43,641 bases of DNA from the NCBI GenBank assembly GCA_032718475.1, contig JAUCBJ010001710.1, positions 1 to 43,641 on the forward strand. Direction: 5' to 3'. Made by a program: the position numbers and the translations under genes. The notes beneath the pieces are model-generated. The model made no database searches. It saw nothing but the letters and a program-made list of their open reading frames with translations, and was not told where the DNA came from. Source of the stretch: Nemertoderma westbladi. Lineage: Eukaryota > Animalia > Xenacoelomorpha. Positions 1 to 13,567 of the stretch are shown here, in pieces (within the stretch, counting starts at the first letter, position 1; every line of letters starts with the position of its first letter).

Positions 1-1472
1 TCGCGAAGATCGCGACGTTTGCGAAGCTCCACCTATAGTATTGGTAAACACAAAATATCGCGAAGATCGCGACGTTTGCGAAGCTCCACCTATAGTATTG
101 GTAAACACAAAATATCGCAAAAATTGCAGACGTTTGCGAAGCTCCACCTATAGTATTGGTAAACACAAAATATCGCGAACGTTTGCGAAGCTCCACCTAT
201 AGTATTGGTAAACACAAAATATCGCGAAGTTTGCGACAGCTCCACGCTACCTTAAGTATTGGTAAACACAAAATATCGCGAAGATCGGACGTTTGCGAAG
301 CTCCACCTATAGTATTGGTAAACACAAAATATCGCGAAGATCGCGACGTTTGCGAAGCTCCACCATATAGTATTGGTAAACACAAAATATCGCAAGATCC
401 GATTTGCGAAGCTCCACCTATAGTATTGGTAAACACAAAATATCGCGAAGATCACGACGTTTGCGAAGCTCCACCTATAGTATTTGTAAACACAAAATAT
501 CGCGAAGATCGCGACATTTGCGAAGCTCCACCTATAGTATTGTTAAATACAAAATATCGCGAAGATCGCGACGTTTGCGAAGTCTCCACCTATAGTATTG
601 GTAAACACAAAATATCGCGAAGATCGGACGTTTGCGAAGCTCCACCTATAGTATTGGTAAACACAAAATATCGCGACGTTTGCGAAGCTCCACCTATAGT
701 ATTGGTAAACACAAAATATCGCGAAGATCGGACGTTTGCGAAGCTCCACCTATAGTATTGGTAAACACAAAATATCGCGAAGATCGCGACGTTTGCGAAG
801 CTCCACCTATAGTATTGGTAAACACAAAATATCGCGAAGATCGCGACGTTTGCGAAGCTCCACCTATAGTATTGTTAATACAAAATATCGCGAAGATCGC
901 GACGTTTGCGAAGCTCCACCTATAGTATTGGTAAACACAAAATATCGCGAAGATCGGACGTTTGCGAAGCTCCACCTATAGTATTGGTAAACACAAAATA
1001 TCGCGAAGATCGCGACGTTTGCGAAGCTCCACCTATAGTATTGGTAAACACAAAATATCGCGAAGATCGCGACGTTTGCGAAGCTCCACCTATAGTATTG
1101 GTAAACACAAAATATCGCGAAGATCACGACGTTTGCGAAGCTCCACCTATAGTATTGGTAAACACAAAATATCGCGAAGATCGCGACGTTTGCGAAGCTC
1201 CACCTATAGTATTGGTAAACACAAAATATCGCGAAGATCGCGACGTTTGCGAAGCTCCACCTATAGTATTGGTAAACACTAAATATCGCGAAGATCACGA
1301 AATTTGCGAAGCTCCACCTATAGTATTGGTAAACACAAAATATCGCAAGATCACGACATTTGCAAAGCTCCACCTATAGTATTGGTAAACACAAAATATC
1401 GCAAGATCACGACATTTGCAAAGCTCCACCTATAGTATTGGTAAACACAAAATATCGCGAAGATCGCGACGT
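1..1472. repeat. Tandem array, 57-bp monomer (TCGCGAAGATCGCGACGTTTGCGAAGCTCCACCTATAGTATTGGTAAACACAAAATA), ~26 copies, runs off the left edge
   Basis: The monomer recurs at 1, 58 and onward. It is CpG-rich with TCGCGA palindromes. Irregular units occur around 110-420. Confidence 0.97.
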
Positions 1473-2709
1473 TTTCGAAATTTCGCGATTTTCGCAATAA
1501 TCGCGACGTTTGCGAAAATCGCGAAGAAATGTTCAAAATCGTTGCCTTACTCCCCTCCCCCCATCCCCTGTCTTGAGATCACTCAGTCGTACAGGTATCA
1601 GCCAAGAGTAGTAGTAAGAGCAGCCAAGAGGTTAGTTATTCAGTAAAAATGATCTGCCATAATTATTTAAATTCTACCAAAATGGTTTAATTTTGTGCCA
1701 GAAAAATTACATTATGGGGTGTCAAAAGTTAAATATAATTATACCACATATTATCCTTACTGATGTTGCTATTAACTTCAGTAATTTAAAAACCAATAAC
1801 CATGTTTAAATCCCATCATGATAATACTATATAAACAAATACACAGCATGCAAAAGGATACGGATATTATTAATACTTATTGCTGGGTTTATGTAAATGT
1901 TACTGCTAAGCCTACTTGTACTAGGGAAGTACAGTAAGTGTATACGGGTACACCAAGACAACAGGCATAGCAACGGGTGTAGCCGAAGAAGGATGGATAT
2001 ACTGATATATAGGTCAATGTGTCTCAGAGTCTGGCTGTTAACATTATGCTGTATGTCTTGTAAGACGGTTGAGACAACGTAAACTTGTGATTAATAATAA
2101 TAATAATATATAATAATAATATAATAAATAACTGGATTAATTACGGGATCACAGATAGGGGGGGGAGGGGGGGGGGGGGGGGGGGGGACTGGACGCAATA
2201 AAAATTAATCCCTCTCCAGGGGAAATTCAACGTAAATAAACGCTGATTACTCTCAAAAATAGAACTGTAACCTGTTCTATTGTGTTGTGTTTATTGTTTT
2301 GGTTAAAATAACGTGTCACTATAACCTGCCCCTTTCCCAAAATTGAGAATTTAACATTGAGGCGAGATATTAATTCGCCAAGATCTGAAGATGGGATTTG
2401 CCTCCAGTTCGCCCCCCCCCCCCCCCCCCGTCTCCAGGATCATCCCCAAAAGAAGATGATACAAAAACAAACATAAAATATACTGTGGCGACTACATTAC
2501 GTGAGCTTACTAGTGTCAGTAACTAGATATACTGTGACGATTACATTACGTGAGCTTACTAGTGTCAGTAACTGGTTAGGTTATAGGACTATTACGTTAG
2601 ATGAGATGCTTCTCTTCTGTCATAAATCATAAACCATTGTAGTTACTCTGGGTTCCGGTTACCGCACACCGGCAGTCATTCACGGACATAAGACACTAAT
2701 TACAAGTCT

Positions 2710-3802
2710 ACTAACAATAATTACACTAACAATAATTACACAAACAATAATTACACTAACAATAATTACACTAACAATAATTACACTAACAATAATAACA
2801 CTAACAATAATTACACTAACAATAATTACACTAACAATAATTACACTAACAATAATTACACTAACAATAATTACACTAACAATAATAACACTAACAATAA
2901 TAACACTAACAATAATTACACTAACAATAATTACACTAACAATAATTACACTAACAATAATTACACTAACAATAATTACACTAACAATAATTACACTAAC
3001 AATAATTACACTAACAATAATTACACTAACAATAATTACACTAACAATAATTACACTAACAATAATTACACTAACAATAATTACACTAACAATAATAACA
3101 CTAACAATAATTACACTAACAATAATTACACTAACAATAATTACACTAACAATAATTACACTAACAATAATTACACTAACAATAATTACACTAACAATAA
3201 TTACACTAACAATAATTACACTAACAATAATTACACTAACAATAATTACACTAACAATAATAACACTAACAATAATTACACTAACAATAATTACACTAAC
3301 AATAATAACACTAACAATAATTACACTAACAATAATTACACTAACAATAATTACACTAACAATAATTACACTAACAATAATTACACTAACAATAATTACA
3401 CTAACAATAATTACACTAACAATAATTACACTAACAATAATAACACTAACAATAATTACACTAACAATAATTACACTAACAATAATTACACTAACAATAA
3501 TTACACTAACAATAATTACACTAACAATAATAACACTAACAATAATAACACTAACAATAATTACACTAACAATAATTACACTAACAATAATTACACTAAC
3601 AATAATAACACTAACAATAATTACACTAACAATAATTACACTAACAATAATAACACTAACAATAATTACACTAACAATAATTACACTAACAATAATTACA
3701 CTAACAATAATAACACTAACAATAATTACACTAACAATAATAACACTAACAATAATTACACTAACAATAATTACACTAACAATAATTACACTAACAATAA
3801 TT
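2710..3802. repeat. Tandem array, 15-bp monomer ACTAACAATAA(T/A variant)TAC, ~73 copies
   Basis: Strict 15-bp period with two main variants, AATAATTAC and AATAATAAC. Confidence 0.98.
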
Positions 3803-4164
3803 CACTATGTCACACATAGTGAATAGATATAATTCAAATAATTCAGGGCGTATGTCCTGTGGAATAAAAATAATCAATATTTCCAGTTCGCCCCCCCCCC
3901 CCCCCCCCCCCCGTCTCCAGGATCATCCCCAAAAGAAGATGATACAAAAACAAACATAAAATATACTGTGGCGACTACATTACGTGAGCTTACTAGTGTC
4001 AGTAACTAGATATACTGTGACGATTACATTACGTGAGCTTACTAGTGTCAGTAACTGGTTAGGTTATAGGACTATTACGTTAGATGAGATGCTTCTCTTC
4101 TGTCATAAATCATAAACCATTGTAGTTACTCTGGGTTCCGGTTTAAGACACTAATTACAAGTCT

Positions 4165-6412
4165 ACTAACAATAATTACACTAACAATAATTACACAAAC
4201 AATAATTACACTAACAATAATTACACTAACAATAATTACACTAACAATAATAACACTAACAATAATTACACTAACAATAATTACACTAACAATAATTACA
4301 CTAACAATAATAACACTAACAATAATAACACTAACAATAATTACACTAACAATAATAACACTAACAATAATTACACTAACAATAATTACACTAACAATAA
4401 TTACACTAACAATAATTACACTAACAATAATAACACTAACAATAATAACACTAACAATAATTACACTAACAATAATTACACTAACAATAATTACACTAAC
4501 AATAATTACACTAACAATAATTACACTAACAATAATAACACTAACAATAATAACACTAACAATAATTACACTAACAATAATTACACTAACAATAATTACA
4601 CTAACAATAATTACACTAACAATAATTACACTAACAATAATAACACTAACAATAATAACACTAACAATAATTACACTAACAATAATAACACTAACAATAA
4701 TTACACTAACAATAATTACACTAACAATAATTACACTAACAATAATAACACTAACAATAATTACACTAACAATAATTACACTAACAATAATAACACTAAC
4801 AATAATTACACTAACAATAATTACACTAACAATAATTACACTAACAATAATTACACTAACAATAATTACACTAACAATAATTACACTAACAATAATAACA
4901 CTAACAATAATAACACTAACAATAATAACACTAACAATAATTACACTAACAATAATTACACTAACAATAATTACACTAACAATAATAACACTAACAATAA
5001 TAACACTAACAATAATTACACTAACAATAATAACACTAACAATAATTACACTAACAATAATTACACTAACAATAATTACACTAACAATAATTACACTAAC
5101 AATAATAACACTAACAATAATAACACTAACAATAATTACACTAACAATAATTACACTAACAATAATTACACTAACAATAATTACACTAACAATAATTACA
5201 CTAACAATAATAACACTAACAATAATAACACTAACAATAATTACACTAACAATAATAACACTAACAATAATTACACTAACAATAATTACACTAACAATAA
5301 TTACACTAACAATAATAACACTAACAATAATTACACTAACAATAATTACACTAACAATAATAACACTAACAATAATTACACTAACAATAATTACACTAAC
5401 AATAATTACACTAACAATAATTACACTAACAATAATTACACTAACAATAATTACACTAACAATAATAACACTAACAATAATAACACTAACAATAATAACA
5501 CTAACAATAATTACACTAACAATAATTACACTAACAATAATAACACTAACAATAATAACACTAACAATAATTACACTAACAATAATTACACTAACAATAA
5601 TTACACTAACAATAATAACACTAACAATAATTACACTAACAATAATAACACTAACAATAATTACACTAACAATAATAACACTAACAATAATTACACTAAC
5701 AATAATTACACTAACAATAATTACACTAACAATAATAACACTAACAATAATAACACTAACAATAATTACACTAACAATAATAACACTAACAATAATTACA
5801 CTAACAATAATTACACTAACAATAATAACACTAACAATAATTACACTAACAATAATTACACTAACAATAATTACACTAACAATAATTACACTAACAATAA
5901 TTACACTAACAATAATAACACTAACAATAATAACACTAACAATAATTACACTAACAATAATAACACTAACAATAATTACACTAACAATAATTACACTAAC
6001 AATAATTACACTAACAATAATAACACTAACAATAATTACACTAACAATAATTACACTAACAATAATAACACTAACAATAATTACACTAACAATAATTACA
6101 CTAACAATAATTACACTAACAATAATTACACTAACAATAATTACACTAACAATAATTACACTAACAATAATAACACTAACAATAATAACACTAACAATAA
6201 TAACACTAACAATAATTACACTAACAATAATTACACTAACAATAATAACACTAACAATAATAACACTAACAATAATTACACTAACAATAATTACACTAAC
6301 AATAATTACACTAACAATAATAACACTAACAATAATTACACTAACAATAATAACACTAACAATAATTACACTAACAATAATTACACTAACAATAATTACA
6401 CTAACAATAATT
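4165..6412. repeat. Tandem array, same 15-bp monomer, ~150 copies
   Basis: Same monomer and same flanks as 2710-3802. Confidence 0.98.
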
Positions 6413-6881
6413 CACTATGTCACACATAGTGAATAGATAATGTCTGCGTTAAATTTGGAATCAATTGGTCCAAAATTGATGACAGAAGCTGTTGTTTGTC
6501 TCTCTCTCTCTCTATTGCAAATGTGATAGAACCAAAGAATTAAACAAATAATACTTTAAATACAATATATTTAAGCGAGTATGAAATGATTACAACAATA
6601 ATATATTATGGTCTGTGAATTTAAGTCAGCTGGGAATTATTACAAAGATAATCGATTAAATAACATTACGAGGAGATTGTCAAATAATTCAGGGCGTATG
6701 TCCTGTGGAATAAAAATAATCAATATTTCCAGTTCGCCACATCAAAAAGCAAGCAAGACTGAGTGAACTTCCAGAAGAAAGCGAAAATAAATTACTACCT
6801 AATAGAACCTAGGCCTGTCTGCCTGTGTGGATGACAAGCAAACTACGATGCTATAAATAACTAACTTTAATTGTTTGTGAG

Positions 6882-6895
6882 GTAACCATGGCAAC
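6882..6895. promoter_or_regulatory. RFX X-box-like motif GTAACCATGGCAAC
   Basis: Matches the GTNRCCATGGYAAC consensus in unique sequence. No linked gene is visible, so function is unsupported. Confidence 0.3.
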
Positions 6896-7327
6896 GGAAA
6901 TTCAATTTAAATTTGTGGTTTCAGTTTCATTGTAATATTAATTGCAATAATTGTAATAATTTCAACAACCGTACTTATCATTCATTATCTAATCAAAACC
7001 TCAAGAGCAAGTGTCTAATCCTAACCGAATAAACGAAAGGGGTAACTAGGTTACAGTTACAGTGACATCTGACATATTATTCTAACCAAAACAATAAACC
7101 AGAGTCAACAGCACAGGTTTTTAAAGTTCATATTGTTCGTATTTCTCTTGGGTAAAATGTCCAAAAAAAGAAAGCCCTTCATTTGTGCAGGACCAATTAA
7201 ATTAACTTAGTTTCAAAAAAATTAAAATTTAGTTCCAATTATTATTATTTATCTTCTTGAAAATAACTACCGGTATTTATCGCCTGGGCTTCGCGACGGT
7301 CGATAATATGGATAAAATGGAACAAGC

Positions 7328-10300
7328 CAATGGGAATGCATTGAAGGAACAATCCGCAATGGGAATGCATTGAAGGAACAATCCGCAATGGGAATGAATT
7401 GAGGGAACAATCCGCAATGGCTGAATGGGAATGCATTGAAGGAACAATCAGCAATGGGAATGAATTGAAGGAACAATCCGCAATGGGAATGCATTGAAGG
7501 AACAATCCGCAATGGGAATGAATTGAGGGAACAATCCGCAATGGCTGAATGGGAATGCATTGAAGGAACAATCAGCAATGGGAATGCATTGAAGGAACAA
7601 TCCGCAATGGGAATGCATTGAGGGAACAATCCGCAATGGCTGAATGGGAATGCATTGAAGGAACAATCAGCAATGGGAATGCATTGAAGGAACAATCCGC
7701 AATGGGAATGCATTGAAGGAACAATCCGCAATGGGAATGAATTGAGGGAACAATCCGCAATGGCTGAATGGGAATGCAATGAAGGAACAATCTGCAATGG
7801 GAATGCATAGAAGGAACAATCCGCAATGGGAATGCATTGAGGGAACAATCCACAATGGCTGAATGGGAATGCATTGAAGGAACAATCAGCAATGGGAATG
7901 CATTGAAGGAACAATCCGCAATGGGAATGCATTGAAGGAACAATCCGCAATGGGAATGCATTGAAGGAACAATCCGCAATGGGAATGCATTGAAGGAGCA
8001 ATCCGCAATGGGCATGCATTGAAGGAGCAATCCGCAATGGGAATGCATTGAAGGAGCAATCCGCAATGGGTATGCATTGAAGGAGCAATCCGCAATGGGA
8101 ATGCATTGAAGGAGCAAACCGCAATGGGAATGCATTGAATGAGCAATCCGCAATGGGCATGCATTGAAGGAGCAATCCGCAATGGGAATGCATTGAAGGA
8201 GCAATCCGCAATGGGAATGCATTGAAGGAGCAATCCGCAATGGGAATGCATTGAAGGAGCAATCCGCAATGGGAATGCATTGAAGGAACAATCCGCAATG
8301 GGAATGCATTGAAGGAACAATCCGCAATGGGAATGCATTGAAGGAGCAATCCGCAATGGGAATGCATTGAAGGAACAATCCACAATGGGAATGCATTGAA
8401 GGAACAATCCGCAATGGCTGAATGGGAATGCACTGAAGGAACAATCCGCAATGGGAATGCATTGACGGAACAATCCGCAATGGGAATGCATTGATGGAAC
8501 AATCCGCAATGGGAATGCATTGAAGGAACAATCCGCAATGGGAATGCATTGAAGGAACAATCCGCAATGGCTGAATGGGAATGCATTGAAGGAACAATTC
8601 GCAATGGCTGAATGGGAATGCATTGAAGGAACAATCCGCAATGGGAATGCATTGAAGGAACAATCCGCAATGGCTGAATGGGAATGCAGTGAAGGAACAA
8701 TCCGCAATGGGAATGCATTGAAGGAACAATCCGCAATGGGAATGCATTGTAGGAACAATCCGCAATGGGAATGCATTGAAGGAACAATCCGCAATGGGAA
8801 TGCATTGAAGGAACAATCCGCAATGGGAATGCATTGAAGGAACAATCCGCAATGGGAATGCATTGAAGGAACAATCCGCAATGGGAATGCATTGAAGGAA
8901 CAATCCGCAATGGGAATGCATTGAAGGAACAATCCGCAATGGGAATGCATTGAAGGAACAATCCGCAATGGGAATGCATTGAAGGAACAATCCGCAATGG
9001 GAATGCATTGAAGGAACAATCCGCAATGGGAATGCATTGAAGGAGCAATCCGCAATGGCTGAATGGGAATGCATTGGAGGAACAATCCGCAATGGGAATG
9101 TATTGAAGGAACAATCCGCAATGGGAATGCATTGAAGGAACAATCCGCAATGGGAATGCATTGAAGGAACAATCCGCAATGGGAATGCATTGAAGGAACA
9201 ATCCGCAATGGGAATGCATTGAAGGAACAATCCGCAATGGGAATGCATTGAAGGAGCAATCCACAATGGCTGAATGGGAATGCATTGAAGGAACAATCCG
9301 CAATGGGAATGCATTGAAGGAACAATCAGGAATGGGAATGCATTGAAGGAACAATCCGCAATGGGAATGCATTAAAGGAGCAATCAGGAATGGGAATGCA
9401 ATGAAGGAACAATCCGCAATGGGAATGCATTGAAGGAACAATCCGCAATGGGAATGCATTGAAGGAACAATCCGCAATGGGAATGCATTGAAAGAACAAT
9501 CCGCAATGGGAATGCATTGAAGGAACAATCCGCAATGGGAATGCATTGAAGAAACAATCCGCAATGGGAATGCATTGAAGGAACAATCCGCAATGGGAAT
9601 GCATTGAAGGAACAATCCGCAATGGGAATGCATTGAAGGAACAATCCGCAATGGGAATGAATTGAAGGAGCAATCCGCAAAGGGAATGCATTGAAGGAAC
9701 AATCCGCAATGGGAATGCATTGAAGGAACAATCCGCAATGGGAATGCATTGAAGGAACAATCCGCAATGGGAATGCATTGAAGGAACAATCCGCAATGGG
9801 AATGCATTGGAGGAACACTCCGCAATGGGAATGCATTGAAGGAGCAATCCGCAATGGGAATGCATTGAAGGAACAATCCGCAATGGTAATGCATTGAAGG
9901 AACAATTCGCAATGGGAATGCATTGAAGGAGCAATCCGCAATGGCTGAATGGGAATGCATTGAAGGAACAATCCGCAATGGGAATGCATTGAAGGAACAA
10001 TCCGCAATGGGAATGCATTGAAGGAACAATCCGCAATGGGAATGCATTGAAGGAACAATCTGCAATGGGAATGCATTGAAGGAACAATCGGCAATGGGAA
10101 TGCATTGAAGGAACAATCCGCAATGGGAATGCATTGAAGGAACAATCCGCAATGGGAATGCATTGAAGGAACAATCCGCAATGGGAATGAATTGAAGGAG
10201 CAATCCGCAATGGGAATGCATTGAAGGAACAATCCGCAATGGGAATGCATTGAAGGAACAATCCGCAATGGGAATGCATTGAAGGAACAATCCGCAATGG

Positions 10301-12220
10301 GAATGCATTGAAGGAGCAATCCGCAATGGCTGAATGGGAATGCATTGAAGGAACAATCCGCAATGGGAATGCATTGAAGGAACAATCAGGAATGGGAATG
10401 CATTGAAGGAACAATCCGCAGTGGGAATGCATTGAAGGAACAATCCGCAATGGGAATGCATTGAAGGAACAATCCGCAATGGGAATGCATTGAAGGAACA
10501 ATCCGCAATGGGAATGCATTGAAGGAACAATCCGCAATGGGAATGCATTGAAGGAACAATCCGCAATGGGAATGCATTGAAGGAACAATCCGCAATGGGA
10601 ATGAATTGAAGGAGCAATCCGCAATGGAAATGCATTGAAGGAGCAATCCGCAATGGAAATGCATTGAAGGAACAATCCGCAATGGGAATGCATTGAAGGA
10701 ACAATCCGCAATGGGAACGAATTGAAGGAACAATCCGCAATGGGAATGCATTGAAGGAGCAATCAGGAATGGGAATGCATTGAAGGAGCATTCCGCAATG
10801 GGAATGCATTGAAGGAACAATCCGCAATGGGAATGCATTGAAGGAACAATCCGCAATGGGAATGCATTGAAGGAACAATCCGCAATGGGAATGAATTGAA
10901 GGAACAATCCGCAATGGGAATGCATTGAAGGAGCAATCCGCAATGGGAATGCATTGAAGGAACAATCCGCAATGGGAATGCATTGAAGAGGCAATCCGCA
11001 ATGGGAATGAATTGAAGGAGCAATCCGCAATGGGAATGCATTGAAGGAACAATCCGCAATGGGAATGCATTGAAGGAGCAATCCGCAATGGGAATACATT
11101 GAAGGAACAATCCGCAATGGGAATGCATTGAAGGAGCAATCCGCAATGGGAATGCATTGAAGGAGCAATCCGCAATGGGAATGCATTGAAGGAGCAATCC
11201 GCAATGGGAATGCATTGAAGGAACAATCCGCAATGGGAATGCATTGAAGGAACAATCCGCAATGGGAATGCATTGAAGGAACAATCCGCAATGGGAATGC
11301 ATTGAAGGAGCAATCAGGAATGCATTGAAGGAACAATCCGCAATGGGAATGCATTGAAGGAACAATCCGCAATGGGAATGCATTGAAGGAACAATCCGCA
11401 ATGGGAATGCATTGAAGGAGCAATCAGGAATGCATTGAAGGAACAATCCGCAATGGGAATGCATTGAAGGAACAATCCGCAATGGGAATGCATTGAAGGA
11501 GCAATCAGGAATGCATTGAAGGAACAATCCGCAATGGGAATGCATTGAAGGAACAATCCGCAATGGGAATGCATTGAAGGAACAATCCGCAATGGGAAGG
11601 GAATGCATTGAAGGAGCAATCCGCAATGGGAATGCATTGGAGGAACAATCCGCAATGGGAATGCATTGAAGGAGCAATCAGGAATGCATTGAAGGAACAA
11701 TCCGCAATGGGAATGCATTGAAGGAACAATCCGCAATGGGAATGCATTGAAGGAGCAATCCGCAATGGGAATGCATTGAAGGAACAATCCGCAATGGGAA
11801 TGCATTGAAGGAGCAATCAGGAATGCATTGAAGGAACAATCCGCAATGGGAATGCATTGAAGGAACAATCCGCAATGGGAATGCATTGAAGGAGCAATCC
11901 GCAATGGGAATGCATTGAAGGAACAATCCGCAATGGGAATGCATTGAAGGAGCAATCAGGAATGCATTGAAGGAACAATCCGCAATGGGAATGAATTGAG
12001 GGAACAATCCGCAATGGGAATGCATTGAAGGAACAATCTGCAATGGGAATGCATTGAAGGAACAATCCGCAATGGGAATGCATTGAAGGAACAATCCGCA
12101 ATGGGAATGCATTGAAGGAACAATCCGCAATGGGAATGCATTGAAGGAGCTATCAGGAATGCATTGAAGGAACAATCCGCAATGGGAATGCATTGAAGGA
12201 GCAATCCGCAATGGGAATGC
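7328..12220. repeat. Tandem array, 29-bp monomer CAATGGGAATGCATTGAAGGAACAATCCG, ~165 copies
   Basis: 29-bp period with an internal AATGCATT palindrome. There are +8 nt (CAATGGCTGAATGGG) and -6 nt (CAATCAGGAATG) variants. Confidence 0.98.
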
Positions 12221-12236
12221 TGGAATGTATTGGAAT

Positions 12237-12295
12237 CAAGGACTACTATTACTATACACAGATACATGCAGCTGTAGGCTATATAGTATTCCTTG
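12237..12295. mobile_element. 59-bp mini-MITE (CAAGG termini, near-perfect 8-bp TSD; P-element/hAT-like)
   Basis: Left end CAAGGACTACTAT and right end ATAGTATTCCTTG match 12/13 as an inverted repeat. The flanks ATTGGAAT (12229-12236) and ATTAGAAT (12296-12303) match 7/8. Confidence 0.55.
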
Positions 12296-12561
12296 ATTAG
12301 AATAAATTAATCAACTGAAAAATTGTATTTGAGTAGGGCCTAAGAATATTTGAGTAGATTGGAACAAAGATCACCTAATTTTGAACTAAGTAGGCCTACC
12401 AGTACCGGTACAGTTCGACGGTTCTTGGTAGCATGCTGCTGAACTGGTGAATATAGACTAACGTTGTATCTGTTTGTTATGGTGGCCCTGAACCGCCACC
12501 GCAAGAAAAAAAAATTATCTAAAGTAAAACAACTTGTCCATACGAGATGTGGTATATAAAA

Positions 12562-13200
12562 ACTCGTCCGGACGAGATGTTGTATGTGAACAACTCGTCC
12601 GGACGAGATGTTGTATGTGAACAACTCGTCCTGGACGAGATGTTGTATGTGAACAACTCGTCCGGACGAGATGTTGTATGTGAACAACTCGTCCGGACGA
12701 GATGTTGTATGTGAACAACTCGTCCTGGACGAGATGTTGTATGTGAACAACTCGTCCGGACGAGATGTTGCATGTTAATAACTCGTCCGGAAGAGATGTT
12801 GCATGTTAATAACTCGTCCGGACGAGATGTTGCATGTGAACAACTCGTCCGGACGAGATGTTGTATGTGAACAACTCGTCCTGGACGAGATGTTGTATGT
12901 GAACAACTCGTCCGGACGAGATGTTGTATGTGAACAACTCGTCCTGGACGAGATGTTGTATGTAAACAACTCGTCCGGACGAGATGTTGTATGTGAACAA
13001 CTCGTCCGGACGAGATGTTGTATGTGAACAACTCGTCCTGGACGAGATGTTGTATGTGAACAACTCGTCCGGACGAGATGTTGCATGTTAATAACTCGTC
13101 CGGACGAGATGTTGCATGTTAATAACTCGTCCGGACGAGATGTTGTAATAAGAACTCGTCCGGACGAGATGTTGTAACAACAACTCGTCCAGACGAGATG
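12562..13200 (+). repeat. Subterminal array, 31-32-bp monomer AACAACTCGTCCGGACGAGATGTTGTATGTG, ~20 copies
   Basis: Each unit contains the palindrome CTCGTCCGGACGAG. The array lies inside the TIR element. Confidence 0.95.
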
Positions 13201-13379
13201 TTTTATGCAAACATTTTATACTGTAGGTAGGGTAAGGGTATTTTATTGGAGTAGGCCTACTGTAGAAACTTGTTAGCCCTACCAACATAGTAGTACCGGT
13301 AGTGGTACCATGGCCTACGTTGTAATGTCAGGGTCGTATTAATTGCTCTACATCTCTATATCACATTGCTTACATATAT

Positions 13380-13567
13380 ACAACTCGTCCGGACGAGTTG
13401 TTGCTACAACATCTTGTCCGGACGAGTTGTTGCTACAACATTTTGTCCGGACGAGTTGTTGCTACAATATCTTGTCCGAACGAGTTGTTGATGTTTGCTA
13501 CAACAAATTGCCCTGACGAGTTCTTGCTACAACATCTCGTCCGGACGAGTTGTTGTATACCACATCT
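13380..13567 (-). repeat. Inverted, more degenerate copies of the same palindromic unit next to the right TIR
   Basis: Units read CAACATCTCGTCCGGACGAGTTG. TATACCACATCTCG mirrors CGAGATGTGGTATA near 12544. Confidence 0.88.

Larger units (their letters stand above)
2403..6738. repeat. Direct tandem duplication (copy 1 2403-3881, copy 2 3882-6738), each copy carrying a 15-bp array
   Basis: The unique block poly-C + GTCTCCAGGATCATCCCC...GTCTACTAAC occurs at ~2403-2710 and ~3882-4165. The block TCAAATAATTCAGGGCG...TCCAGTTCGCC occurs at ~3834-3892 and ~6680-6738. Confidence 0.92.

Noticed and set aside
110-420. Irregular monomers that could look like spacers
   Set aside because: They are small indels of the same monomer, possibly consensus errors, with no unique inserts.
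156-1536. ORFs over the 57-bp array
   Set aside because: They are translations of a 19-codon repeat, open in several frames on both strands and broken by indels.
2158-2429. Poly-G and poly-C runs as an inverted pair
   Set aside because: They are homopolymers only, and similar runs occur elsewhere (~30187, ~31918).
2710-6412. Binary T/A variant pattern as an information code
   Set aside because: It is explained by block duplication of two variants, and nothing suggests a readout.
7245-12267. 1348-aa and overlapping Cys/His-rich ORFs
   Set aside because: The 29-bp monomer lacks minus-strand stops, so all three frames give the same peptide.
12562-13200. CRISPR-like palindromic repeats
   Set aside because: There are no unique spacers and no cas genes, the context is eukaryotic, and the array lies within a TIR element.
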